From: Callorhinchus milii
Lineage: Eukaryota
DNA: 64,000 nucleotides
Direction of reading: 5' to 3'
Assembly (NCBI RefSeq): GCF_018977255.1
Contig: NW_024704755.1
Location: 15,686,001-15,750,000 of the forward strand
The notes under the pieces were generated by a model that had not been told where the DNA came from, did no database searches, and worked only from the letters and a program-made list of their open reading frames with translations. Position numbers and translations under genes: made by a program. Numbering within the stretch: the first letter of the stretch is position 1; each line of letters starts with the position of its first letter. Positions 35,991-47,965 of the stretch are shown here, piece by piece.

Positions 35991-36444
35991 AATAGTGATT
36001 TTAATTAATTATAACAAGACTGTAGCACTCTTAATGAAGCTCTGGTAGTTCTGGCAAAGGCAACAAATGGATTAATTTTTATGGAGATCTAACAGTGTAT
36101 TAAATCAATCATATCAGTTCAATACAAGCAGTTAATTTCTACAGTTTTCCCCCATGAAGAAAAGTGTTCATAAACAACTTTCCTATGAAATAGGCAAGTT
36201 GATAACATCACAGATCAACATGACAGCGTGAGCACATACTGAGAAATATGCAGTTTCTTGATACAACAGCTACCATTCTTTCCTCAAATTCCAGGTTCTT
36301 GTTGTTGGAAGCATGTGACACAAATCAGGCCTCATGGTCTATGGCTATCTTTAGCCAGATACATACAAAGTCACTTTGCCCTCACCTCAGCCCAATCATC
36401 TTTCTACTTCAAGCTCAACTATGAGGCCAAAGACAACAACAACA

Positions 36445-36610
36445 ACAACAAGATTCCATTTATAAAGCGCCTTTCACGTCAGGAGGACGTCCCAAGGCGC
36501 TGCACAGTTGGGTCATGACCCGAGCAGGGGGGAAATGGTCAGGGTGAGGGGAGGGAAGGGAGAGAGCGAGGAGGGGGGAAATGGTCAGGGTGAGGGGAGG
36601 GAAGGGAGGG
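36445..36610 (-). mobile_element. Young L2 3' end with internal tandem duplication
   Basis: (caa)n gattccatttataaagcgcc.... The motif gggggaaatggtcagggtgaggggagggaaggga occurs twice. Target duplication gacaac. Confidence 0.8.
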
Positions 36611-37949
36611 ACAACCTTAGGTTAATTTTATCTGCCACCAATTACCTCTTTCGCCCACTTTCTCTTGCCTCCTTCACCATCATCTCAACTTCCAACTGCC
36701 AGGAGTGAAAGGCTTCTGTTTTCTTTAGTCATCGGAGTAGCACATGCAGAAAACCTCTCAGTGCTTAAGAGTATCCAAAACGGGCTGAGAATTCCTTCCA
36801 TGTCACCTACACCTGGAAATTCCAATGCCTGTAATGGCATGTTCACTCTCTCCCCGGATGATTTTAGTTTGCAGGGTTAATAGGAGATGATTGAGGAGAA
36901 TCACTGCTCAAAGTGACTGGTCTGCCCTTCCAAATTCTCCTGGTGAGACAATCTGACTGCTTTGACATCAGTAGTTTCCTATAATACCTCAGACCCGTCT
37001 GCCTGAGGAAAGGGACTTCTGAGAGCACCACAGATAATCAACTCATTGCCAACATTCCGCTGCCAAACATGCCACCTTGGAGCCAATTCAGCTTCAATGA
37101 GATCCCCTCTTGCCTCCCACAAGGATAATAGTCATTATTTGGACATTTGACAGATGGAGGTTTGAAAACTCAAAAGGTGGATGACAAGTATCAGGAACTT
37201 CCTGAAAGTTTCATGGTGAGGAGCAAAACTCAGCATGGGTTGTGTAAGAGCATTGTCCTCATCTTTCTGTTCACATCTCAGATACACATCCTTTCACATT
37301 GAGCGATGGTCCACATATTGGAGGTGTTGTGCTTTAGCAGCAGCTGTTTCCAGTTGGTGTATTCCAAGCCCAAGACATAGGAACCTGTGTTTTTGATTCT
37401 GGAGTCCATGTAATGTCTTCCATCAGCTAACGACCCAATCCTCAGAATTTCCTCATCAGATATATTACAGACACCTGCCTTTGGCATGGTGGAATGACCA
37501 TTGCAGAAAGTCTCGTAACTTGCCAGCCACCTTGATGCTCCAGAGGTTTACCTTCCTTCCTTCCTCCCCCTGCCTTGGCACCGGGATCCGTTACTGTGAA
37601 GTGCTCTGAGACACCGTCCGGCGTGGAGGGTGCTATATAAATCCAAGTTGTTGTTGTCGTTGTTTATGCCCAATGCCACATATCTGAATTACTCAGCTCT
37701 AGCACTCATAAATGGGCAAGACGAAACCTTCAGATGCACTTTAAGGACGTCAATTAGGAAAGCTGGTTGGAGATATGACTTAGATACCATAAGATTAACC
37801 TGTATTCGGACCTTCCTATCTCTCAAGATCGATAAAAATACCCAGAATTGCACTTCTCAGCATGGTCCGAAGGACAATGTTCAAGCATAAAAAGGTGGGG
37901 TTCCTGGAGTCGAGAAATTACCCTGAGCTCCGCATCTCCTCTTGTAGCA

Positions 37950-38850
37950 CAGTCCTTCCCCCTCCAGCATTACCCCATTCCTGCTTCAATAGTTTTCACC
38001 ATGTCCCGTGCATCTCTTTCCTCCCATATTCCCTAACAAATTGATCCACTGACCGAATCCCCACACCTCTCCAGGTCTTCTTCTCACCCCTTTGGTTGCT
38101 AACGCTGTAACCTTCTTCTCACCTCAGGTGCTGACTGCATCAATCTACTTTGCAGAACTCACGCCACCGAGTAGTCAATGCAGAACCTTGGGGTCTTGTT
38201 TGACCCTCAAGTACGTTTCAAGCCCTATATCTGGTTTCTCGTTCACTCTGGGCTCCCATTTAGTCAACTTTCCCTCGCCGTCACCAGTGTATTTTCCCGG
38301 GGCTGCCCAGGCCATCATTCGTGGTTTCATCACATATAAACTTGATTAATCCAGTGCCCGCTTGGTGCACTTCCCAGCTTTTCCAGACGCAAGCTTGAGG
38401 CTGCCCACAACTTTGTAACCTGCCCGTTGGCACCAAAAGTCAACCCATCACTCAAATTCACCATGGCTTCCCATCCCGCAGCAGAGCCCCACCATATCAG
38501 CAACTTCCTAACACGATTGACTGCAATGCTCCTTTTACCTCTAATTCATATCTTCCACTTAATTTGTCCTACCTTACCATAATAGAGTGAGCCATTAGTC
38601 AGTCTGCTTCCACTTTCTGGAACTCCCATTCCAGAGTCTCCCAGGTTTTTTTCTTTGCTGCCCACTTTCAAAGCACCCCTCAAAAGGTGCCTCTGATAAA
38701 TCTTTTGGTTCATTTCCCCCTCCTCGCTCCCAATGTAACCTTCGACTCCCCCATGCCTCGGCTCAGATACCCAGATAGATATCCACAGCGCGTTGAGAAG
38801 TCATCCCAATGTGAAAGGCGCCATACAAATGTAAATTGTTTTGTAATTGT
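37950..38850 (+). mobile_element. Decayed L2 RT/3' fragment
   Basis: gaaccttggggtcttgtttgaccc..., cataaacttgatta..., tail ..ggcgccatacaaatgtaaattg. Confidence 0.6.
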
Positions 38851-40121
38851 ATTGCTTATATCCCCGAGAGTTCTGCTGGTATTTTGATCATTTTCATTCA
38901 CAAACCATCAACCTGGCCTGACAACTGTCAACCTGGCCAAGCAGGGCAGACAAAAGATAAAAGATTCATCTGAAACATATTCTTTCTGGTTGGAAAAAAT
39001 CTACTTTTAAACCGCAGTACACGATGGTCATCCAATAAATCAGAGGGAGCTCAAAAACGTTTCCCTTTCACCCACAGCTAAAGGTGATGATTGCATTATA
39101 TTGATATTCTCAACTGAGCAATGATAACACTATATACTCTCCTTCCGATTTATAATCTTCTGTTTCCCTGCAGTTAGGAAATTTCCATCAAGGTAACCCA
39201 ATCACTGATGAACAATTCTTCTTTGCATTGTGTAGAAAAACTCAATGCATTTGTGAATATCCCAGAAATCGTTACACTGAGTTCTACTTCGAGACAAACA
39301 TTTTGTTGCATGTGAAATATGCTCACAGGACCTACATTCCTATTTCACTTATCATTTGCGCTCCAAATTGTATTATTATTGATCAAAATGAGAATCTTTA
39401 CTACATATTAAGTTTACACAAAAAAGGCTTCTTTTAAAGCAGCAACTCGTTTCGGTTTGAACATGATTTACAATCTCAATTCTAGAAAAATCTAGGAAGA
39501 TAATTCCAAATTTCAAATGAATGACATTTCTTCAGCTGTGAGACAAATGAGAGAAATTTAAATCGGGATTAAAACTATTACGTTTTAGCAATATACAATA
39601 AACAAGCAGCTGAAAAAATAAAGTAAAAATCGGATTTGGTCCATAAATTCCTAATTCTCCTTTAACATTTTAATCGTTGTCGAATATTTTGATTCTTCAG
39701 GCGTCCAATAATTGTAAAGTATTAATTTGTTATAATATGTTATTCTGAACGTTTTCAAATAATTAAACAAAAATAGGATTAGTTTGATGTACGAAACTAA
39801 GAATGCTTCAATAGCACAATAAAATACCTAATTCATACGCTCTTTCTAAAAGGTCCCTTCAAATGGTTCCATTCGGCAGCTACAGTTGGAGGAAACTGTT
39901 GGAACAGATCTCCTGCGATATGGGTGTCAAACCAAACTCGGTGGTCACAATCATGAACATAACTTTCAGACGTTGCAATGAGGAACTATCCTGTAGATTA
40001 TCACGAGATAATAGTTCAAACAGTAATAACGGATGTATTGTAAATTTCAGATACAATTCACCTTTCATCTGTATCGACAGTAAGTAAGTTTTAGACGCTC
40101 CTCAAGTAGACAATAACCTTT

Positions 40122-40175
40122 CTGCAAATGGCAATCAATTAAAAGGGTATTGCTCAACCTACAGAGACAGGACGT
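40122..40175 (+). promoter_or_regulatory. Gene D proximal promoter (CTGCAAAT; ETS-site variant CAGGACGT)
   Basis: Positions about -144 and -98 from ATG, matching the paralogues. Confidence 0.45.
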
Positions 40176-40265
40176 TAAACGTCACTGCCTCACATTCATT
40201 TTTAGCATCTTGCACCCCTCAGTACAGACCAGCAGTGGGTTCAGGATAATCGCAGACAGTGATCC

Positions 40266-43200
40266 ATGGCGAGTGTTGTGTTTTACTGTTTCTCTCTCGT
40301 GGGGATGCTTTCCACAGGTAGGTATTTGGTTGAATTAAATAGATACTCGCAGTCGTTTTCATTTTTATACTGAACCAAGTGCTCTGGGGCACTACCCTGC
40401 GTGAGAGGCGTTATATAAATCCAAATTGTTGCAAACAAAGTTTTGTTGCTTTACTTGCATCTTTACCTCGTGCTTTAAATTTTCTCTGTATTCATTTTCA
40501 TCGGCTACATATTTTACTCAATCAGTGTTTGAATTTGTTTTGATAGTTGTTGACGGCATTTCGGTCCAAGTAACTCAACTCCCCAAACACACAACTGTAA
40601 TCAAAGGTGAAAGCATCACCTTCTATTGTGCCATTTCCTACTTTGAAGAAAACTCACGTACAAAAGTATACTGGTGGAAGCATGGGGAGAGGGAGTACCT
40701 GCAAACACGGCCAGATGCCAGGAAAATATTTGATATTGAAAAAGGAGGAAGCGGCTTCTTTCAGCTCCTGGATGTGAATCTTCAGGACTCTGGAGTTTAT
40801 CACTGCGCTCTGGCGTTGGAGGGAAAAATAGCAAAAAATGGAACTGGATCGAATTTAACTGTATGCGGTAAGTGTTAACCCTTCGCAGAACTGGATCATT
40901 GTTATCTTTACATATTACGCAAATATATCTAACGCACTATAATCTTAAGAGAATCAAAACTAGACTGAGAACTGCAGGTGTGTATGACATCTACATTGGG
41001 AAATTGTGCAGTATCTGAAAAGGAATGATGTTTCCTGGTTACCTAATTCTGGAGAGCAGAGGTTTGTTGTGTCCCCTGGAGTTTAATCAGATTTTAAAGC
41101 CACATACTTGCCAACCCCTTGAAATTTGAAAGCACAGTTTGGCTTCCTGCAATGCTGTGCAGGTAGGAAAAGCCCGACCGGTACCGGTTTGTCTTGAGGG
41201 TTAAACAGCAGATGAGTGGCAAGATTCCCACTCACCCCTTACTGCCACCCCCGCTCCAAAGAGGGTAACTATTTTGGCACTATAAACATGATAAACATGC
41301 AAGTAATCAATCCAAATCAAAGTACATTAATATCCGTTAGGTGTACACTGAAAGCAATTCGAACACAACTAGCCAAGTCACACAATTTAGAGTTCTTAAC
41401 ATCTCTGGAATGTCCATGGATAGGTGGGAACCAAGGAATTCACAGTTAAATATGAATACTTTTAAGCAGTTTGTGATGGGTTTCCACATTGATGACCGAA
41501 ACAGAATCCTTACTTTGGTGAAGATTGTCAATAGTAAATAGCAGTCGACTGTGTTTTAATGCCGCCTGCACCAGGTTTTTGCGATGAAGTTATTTACTTA
41601 AATGTGAACTACATTTATAAATAGTAATGTCGACTCATTACTTTTGGCAACTGCGATTGCTGGAGAGTAAAGAAAATGTTATTACGAGTAATTCATTAAA
41701 TACAAAATGTAGAAATCAGATCAAGTTGTCACAGAGAAATTAATCAGATATAAATCGGAATTAAATTTTCCTCAACTGAATAGAAATGGTGTAATTCTGC
41801 TCCATTATCTAACCCACAGTTCCACCAACACCACTGAAGATAATCCCAAGGTTTACTAAACGTAATGCATCGGTGTCTCTGACTCTTGTGTGTCAAACGG
41901 CTGAGTATTACCCGAAGAATCTCATCCTGACTTGGTATAACAGTGTCACCGAAATTACAACAGGAATAAATACCACTGAACAGCAGAATCCAGGGGATTG
42001 TATGTAACTTCCAGTTCTATGGAAGTGGCACAGCCCATCCTGAGGGGGGCTGTTTATACCTGTAAGGTGTCACACATCAGCCTCAAGGCTTCAGAAATTG
42101 CCGAATACAAGGTTCAACTTCCTGAACATTCTGAAAAAGGTAGCATGCCAGAAATCCTACTGTTAATTATAAGTGTCTTTTTCCATGATTAGTTAATTTA
42201 TCGCAAAGCTAATTGCTAAATATTTTTTAAAAATCAACTTTTAGTAAAAGGTATTAGAAATGTAGGCGTATGCGCATTATCTTCCTCGAAAAGTAATGCA
42301 AGAAGACTCATTAAAATATGAAAACTTGAAATCATCAATTTAATAACAGAATCTCTATTCTGGTGAAACCTGGAGTTAATTAAATTATACATTAGTTAAC
42401 AGGCCACAAACATCGTGTTGAGAAAATAAATGAACGTCATGCACCGTAATGTATCGCTTCTTTTTTGTATCTTGCCATTTTACCAGGGTTTGACTATTGG
42501 ATCGTTGGATATGCAGTGGCTGCACTGATTTTTCTAGTAGTTTTAATTATTATTGGGAAGCGATGCAAATGGATGAAATGGAGAGGTAAGAAATATCTGT
42601 TTTTATTGAAATTAAGTGTATTATTTCCATTTTAATTCAATGTTTCAATGAGTAAATGAGACATCCCCGGATTATGCAATGGGAAGAGAGGTTTGAAGAC
42701 TAAATGTCTGTGCAGTCCACTAATGATTATTAAATATTAATCAATTTCAGAATTTGTATTCATTCTAGTCCACACATTATTTTAAATTTCTGTCATAGAA
42801 ATTTAATACATATTTCATTAATTTAGTTTCATTAATTTTAGGCTCCCATAAAGAAATTAATGGATCGCACCGTTCTGGAGAACAGGTAACTTTATATAAC
42901 TTGTCTCAGCAGGTTTGTCACCTTGCAGAGATTGATGGAATAAATAGAGATTATTCCTTATAGATTTTATAACATTTTAACTCATTCTCCTTCGAGCATT
43001 TATACGTCCTCACTTTATAATTTGCGCACAATTATTGAGCACCACGTATAATATAGTGCATTTGCTAGCAGTATATATTATCAACTATAAGTATTGTAAA
43101 ATATTCTCAAGTGATTTTTAAAATATTTTAAACTAGGCAGCTGAAGTTCACTTGTTCATCGCAGTGTTACACTCAGTGTTTACGCAGTAGTGTGAAGTCC

Positions 43201-44974
43201 TGTAACCCTGTGGTCAGAGCACTCGACTCGCAAGGGAGAGACCTGGGTTCACTTCTCGGCAGGGCGAAATGTTGAGCAAATTTCCTTACTCCACATGCCT
43301 GTTTAGCTAACAGTAAGTAGGAACTCAGTTGTTAGTCGATTGGCGGATTGCTTTTTCGGGATAACAATCCTTAAAAAAAAATAATAATTTGGTCACTCAA
43401 TCCATGACTGCTCTTCACAATTGGCTGCTGCGTTTTGCCCACAAATATAGCGAATTCACTTCACAGTATATGCTGTGAAGCGATTTGAGACGTCTAGAGG
43501 TTATGAAAAGCACTATATCAAATGCAAAGATTATTATTAGTGTGTACAGAACTAAAGACAATGAACCAATCATGGAACTACGAGTTGCATTTTACAGACT
43601 GTGCAGGGAGCACACGATGAGATGGCTTATGTCACATTGGATTTGACAAGTTCCCAGAAATCTCCAAGACCTAAATATCAGGAGAGGACAGCGTACACCC
43701 AGGTGAGAAATACTAAATTGAGATATAATTCCTTCAGATCCTAAATCATGGGATTAGAAACTAGAATGAAACTCCAGTTGTTTAACATAATATTATTTCT
43801 GTGCTTCACGCTCCTCAAATCATCTAATTCTGGTTGAATCTTGGAATGCGAGTAAGGCAAATTATTTGACTATAGGAACATTACAGATGAATAATATATG
43901 TCCTTTGGGTACTTAGAAACTGCCTAATAACTGAGTTCCCTCTTCCCTAACATCCTCGTGGAATTTTATAGTAGCTACTATTAATCGTATCTACATGAAA
44001 AGGAGTTGGAATATTTAACTCCTAGTTTTTTTATTAACCAAGCAATGGAAAGGGAAAGCGGTGCTGGAAATTCTGAGTGCATTTATTTGGGAGATTTCTG
44101 AAGTCTGACAACATAATTAAATTAATTACATTTCCAAATATTTGCTTCCCAGACAAAGGGAGCAATTGGTAACAAGCCAACATATGCAGCTCGGGATTTA
44201 TCTGGCTCCAAGAAAATAGGAAAGACTAAACCTACCTCCAAGAGTACAGAATATGCCAAGGTAAGGGTCATCAACCCATGGAGCTAAGAGACAAGAAATG
44301 TTACAATACTACATATCGAAGCTGAAAATTGGTTAATATTGAGAGTCTTCCCTGCCATATATATTGGGTGTCACTTATGGGTACGCCAGTTATATGTTGG
44401 CGTCTCGTCATCACCTGCAGTTATTAGCAATTATTTATTACCTTAGGATTTTTCATTCCACTAAAAATCTGTCTGGTACATTCATATTTGACAAACCAGA
44501 ACCATTTTAATTAACAAAATTAATTGCCATCAACATCTTCATTATTGCAGCATGCGACTACCAGGATGGTAGAAGATGACCTAGATGTACCTTAGTCTTT
44601 TTTCTTATACCAATTCTAATGCTCCTGTGTTCAAAGTAATATCTTGTACCAATCTAATAATGTTTCTTAATCTGGATGATATCTTTATCACACGTTTCAT
44701 AAAAATTATGGCTGCCATATAACTAGAACAAAGACTACCAATGCAAATCTTATAAATGGTATAAATATTTGGCAGAAATGTGGCAGAGTTGCGTAAAGTG
44801 ACTTAAACAAAGAACTAACAGTATTCCGAAATTTCGTCCTTACAGGTCAAACAAGGGGTAAACAAGCTGACTTATGCTGCTCTGGATTTGGGTAGCTCAA
44901 AAAAAACAGGAATGCCTAAATTCAACAAGAATACAGAATATGCCGAGGTACAGATGAAAACAGCAGAGCAGTAG
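40266..44974 (+). CDS. Gene D: V(J)-C1-TM inhibitory receptor with three ITIM/ITSM modules (~392 aa if the C1 frameshift is corrected)
   Basis: Exons 40266-40317, 40547-40867, 41820-42139, 42487-42585, 42842-42885, 43598-43702, 44153-44260, 44846-44974, all GT-AG. The C1 exon is 320 nt (G4 at 41993-41996 versus G5 in B), giving TAA at 42005-42007. Confidence 0.75.
40547..40867 (+). CDS. Gene D V-set exon (318/321 nt identical to gene B)
   Basis: Direct comparison gives three substitutions, one of them nonsynonymous (T/I near the N-terminus). Confidence 0.92.
41820..42139 (+). CDS. Gene D C1-set exon (1-bp deletion as sequenced)
   Basis: Near-identical to the B C1 exon. ccaggggattg versus ccagggggattg in B. 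Confidence 0.8.
42487..42585 (+). CDS. Gene D transmembrane exon (uncharged)
   Basis: GFDYWIVGYAVAALIFLVVLIIIGKRCKWMKWR, flanked by ttttaccag and gtaag. 99 nt. Confidence 0.85.
42842..42885 (+). CDS. Gene D 44-nt juxtamembrane exon (phase 1 to 0)
   Basis: GSHKEINGSHRSGEQ|gtaac. Same length as the gene E equivalent at 58495-58538. Confidence 0.75.
43192..43539 (+). mobile_element. SINE, long subfamily, in a gene D intron
   Basis: Head, extra segment, core and tail all visible. Confidence 0.8.
43598..43702 (+). CDS. Gene D cytoplasmic module 1
   Basis: TVQGAHDEMAYVTLDLTSSQKSPRPKYQERTAYTQ|gtgaga. Phase 0-0. Confidence 0.8.
44153..44260 (+). CDS. Gene D cytoplasmic module 2
   Basis: TKGAIGNKPTYAARDLSGSKKIGKTKPTSKSTEYAK|gtaagg. 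Phase 0-0. Confidence 0.8.
44846..44974 (+). CDS. Gene D last exon (ITIM LTYAAL plus ITSM TEYAEV)
   Basis: VKQGVNKLTYAALDLGSSKKTGMPKFNKNTEYAEVQMKTAEQ*, acceptor ccttacag. Confidence 0.85.
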   Translation, partial: VKQGVNKLTYAALDLGSSKKTGMPKFNKNTEYAEVQMKTAEQ

Positions 44975-46984
44975 CCAAGGTCACCACCAGGGAATCGGGA
45001 ACCATATAATGTTACTATAATTCGTTGCATATATTGTTCACAGATCTCTGTCATATAGAAGAATCTATGTTCTTTGTTACTAACCAATTAGTATCTCTCA
45101 AGCACAACTCTGGCTATTAATGATTTTACTTAACTTAAGCAATTATTTTGCAAGAAATCATTGATGGTTAAATCTATAACCATAGTTACTTACTAAAAAA
45201 AATCATCTTAATGCTTAGCAGTAGGTTTCCCCTCCTCTACACATGCAACCTCGTGTGACCCTACTGCCCCGGCTACTGCCTCTGCTCAGCAAACACGGGC
45301 CTCCTTCATGTCCCTCATCCGATCAGCAAAAGTATCAAAAGTTTTCAGTGAATTACTTAGAAATAAATCTATCAATATAAAACTTTACCCAAATTACAAA
45401 AGTTTGGAATAGTGGTGTAAACAGTTTTTATAACATTTTAATTAAGAATACTTATGAAATATAAATTGTATTGATATCTCATTTACTCATTTTATCTCTT
45501 TGGTATTAATGAAGTGACACTTGATATGCGTTATCATACGGTCTGATTAAGAATACATAGTGCCCTTCATCTACCACTGTGAAAAGGTTAACGTGTGGGC
45601 ATTCAAACTGATCAAGTATCTACAAAAATTTACCTAATAGGAAGTTACTAAACTTTTGATTGCATTAATTTTTCAGTATTTTAAAGCGATTTTTATATTG
45701 TTAGATCAGAAGTGTTGTGCTCTCAAAATGAACAGAGTATCCTGCTTATGAATTTAAAACTATTATTTGACAGTACGAACAATGGTTGTGGATCACTGTA
45801 TCGTGAGTGGCTGTAGATAGCTATTATATGTAATTTCTGTATTGATGCAACAATCGATATGAACTACAAGACCGATTTCTTTCTGTAAATTTTTAAATGC
45901 GTCTTGGTCCACTATCGCTAAATCCTGGAAGTATAGTTGGTCCAATTCGAGTTTGCATTGTCTGTTAATTTGTTCTCTATTTCTTCACAATCAAATTGCA
46001 GATCTAGTTTCTAATTACATTTTCTGGAATATTGTTTTTCGAAGTGGGATATACACATTTCATTATCAGTTAAGAATAGTAGCATTATTTATTTGGGCCC
46101 TTATCCACATTCATTGGCAAAATAAAACAGATAGAGTGAAAACATATTGAATTATGTCATATTTCTAAATCGTTATTATAGTAAGACATCTTTACCTATT
46201 ATTATTGTAATCAATATTTTTCAAATACTCCCATGTTGCAGTATTATATGCTTGGAGACAAGTCATGGGACAATCTCACAAATAGCATCAATTGTTCCAA
46301 GATCAACGGTATGGAGGAGGAAAGCATGAGAGATGGTTTGAAATATATATAGCGCCCTTCTTCGATATTGTTTTAGAGTGCTTCATACAGCAATCAGCCG
46401 CCGAGGAAGGGAACAGGTGACCATAAGCACGGATTGAGGTGGGATTTAAACATGTAGTGAGGAGTGGATGGGGCTGAGGAAGGGAAAGGGAGGGACAGTT
46501 ACAGAGGTTAGGTGTGTAATGACACGGATAATGGTGCAGAGTTTGCAGGGTCGCATGTACAAGTTAATCCAGTGGAAAGGGCTATCAATAGAGTGCCACA
46601 GATGATTGGGACAGATAATTGGGCATTGTGGGGTTTGGTGTGAGTCGATATGTGGTGGTGGAGTTTGGAATAAGATGCGTCCTGTGATGGTGAAACCAGG
46701 GAAGCTGGCGAAGAGCACATTAGAAAATTTAAAACAGTACAATATAAATTTACCATTAATAGAGCACCTTTCATGTCGGGAAGATGTCCTAAAGCATTCA
46801 AAGTACTTGGTTGGTACCCAAGCTGTGGGTGGGAGCAAGGGGGCTGGGGAAAGATGAATAACGACACAGTTAACAGGTCTTGAGCTGAGGGAAGAAACGA
46901 GTCAGAGTGACTGAGTTTCACAGATTCAATTATGAGGGGATTCGTTGGGGTGAACAAGAAGAAACGATTTCCACTGGCGGGTGG

Positions 46985-47290
46985 GTTGGTAACCCGAGGA
47001 CACCAAATTAAAATAGTTGTTAAAAGAAACAGAGGGGAGATGGGAAGAAATTTTTTTACATAGTGAGTTGTTTGGATCTGGAAAACATTGCTTGAAAGGG
47101 TGGTGGAAGCCGATTCTATAACAGATTTTAAGAGAGAAGTAGATAATTATTTGGGGAGGACAAGTTTGCAGGGCTATGGGGAGAGAGGGTGGGAGTGGGA
47201 CTGAATTGGATAGCTCTTTCCAAAGAGCTGGCACAGACATGAGGGGCCGAATGGCCTCCTTCTATGCTGTATAAGTCTACGATTCTACGA
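46985..47290 (+). mobile_element. CR1 LINE 3' end
   Basis: ..ggccgaatggcctccttctatgctgta..(attctacg) tail. Confidence 0.7.
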
Positions 47291-47965
47291 TATAGCTACA
47301 GGAAAATGATGTTTTAAATCAGCTCTGATATAATATAGGCAGGTAGAGAAAATATCAGTTGATCTGGAATCTAGCTGATAAGTGGAAAATAGATTTTGAT
47401 GTCATCTGTATGCATGAAGAAGTTATCCTTATGTTTGTGGATTATATCACCATGGAGGAGCATGCAAATGAGGAAAAGAATAGGCCAAGAATAGAGTCCT
47501 GAGGTGCTCTGCAAGTGATTGAGCAAGGGTTGGATGAGAAATAAATGGGTGAAGCCGGATAGAAACCGTAAGACTGCAGTCTCATAGAGTTGGATGAGGG
47601 AGGAAAGGCAATCGAGAAGTGTGGACTTGTCCATGGTGTCAAAAGATCGAGAAGGACAAGTTGGCAGAGGGAAACACAGAGAGAGAGTAGGTAATTGCTG
47701 AGTACGTGGAGGTAGTCTTAGTGTGGTGGATAGCGTAAAATCTAAATTGGAGTGGCCTGTCTGATGTGGGCATGGTGCAACTACAAACTGGATATTCAGT
47801 TGACGTTAGCTCCTTTATGCTCCAAAAGCTCCTTTATTGACATACTTTCCCATAAGCTCCTTACAATCTGCTCTCAAAACATTCTATGTGCAGCAGAAGA
47901 TAGTGATCCAGGAACAAACAACGATTACATATCATAACAAATGTAATTGAACAAGTATTGACACG

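Noticed and set aside
39863-40087. 74-aa ORF ending near a gtaagt upstream of gene D
   Set aside because: Homologous to non-coding upstream sequence of other paralogues (e.g. ~7470-7720), where the frame is not preserved.
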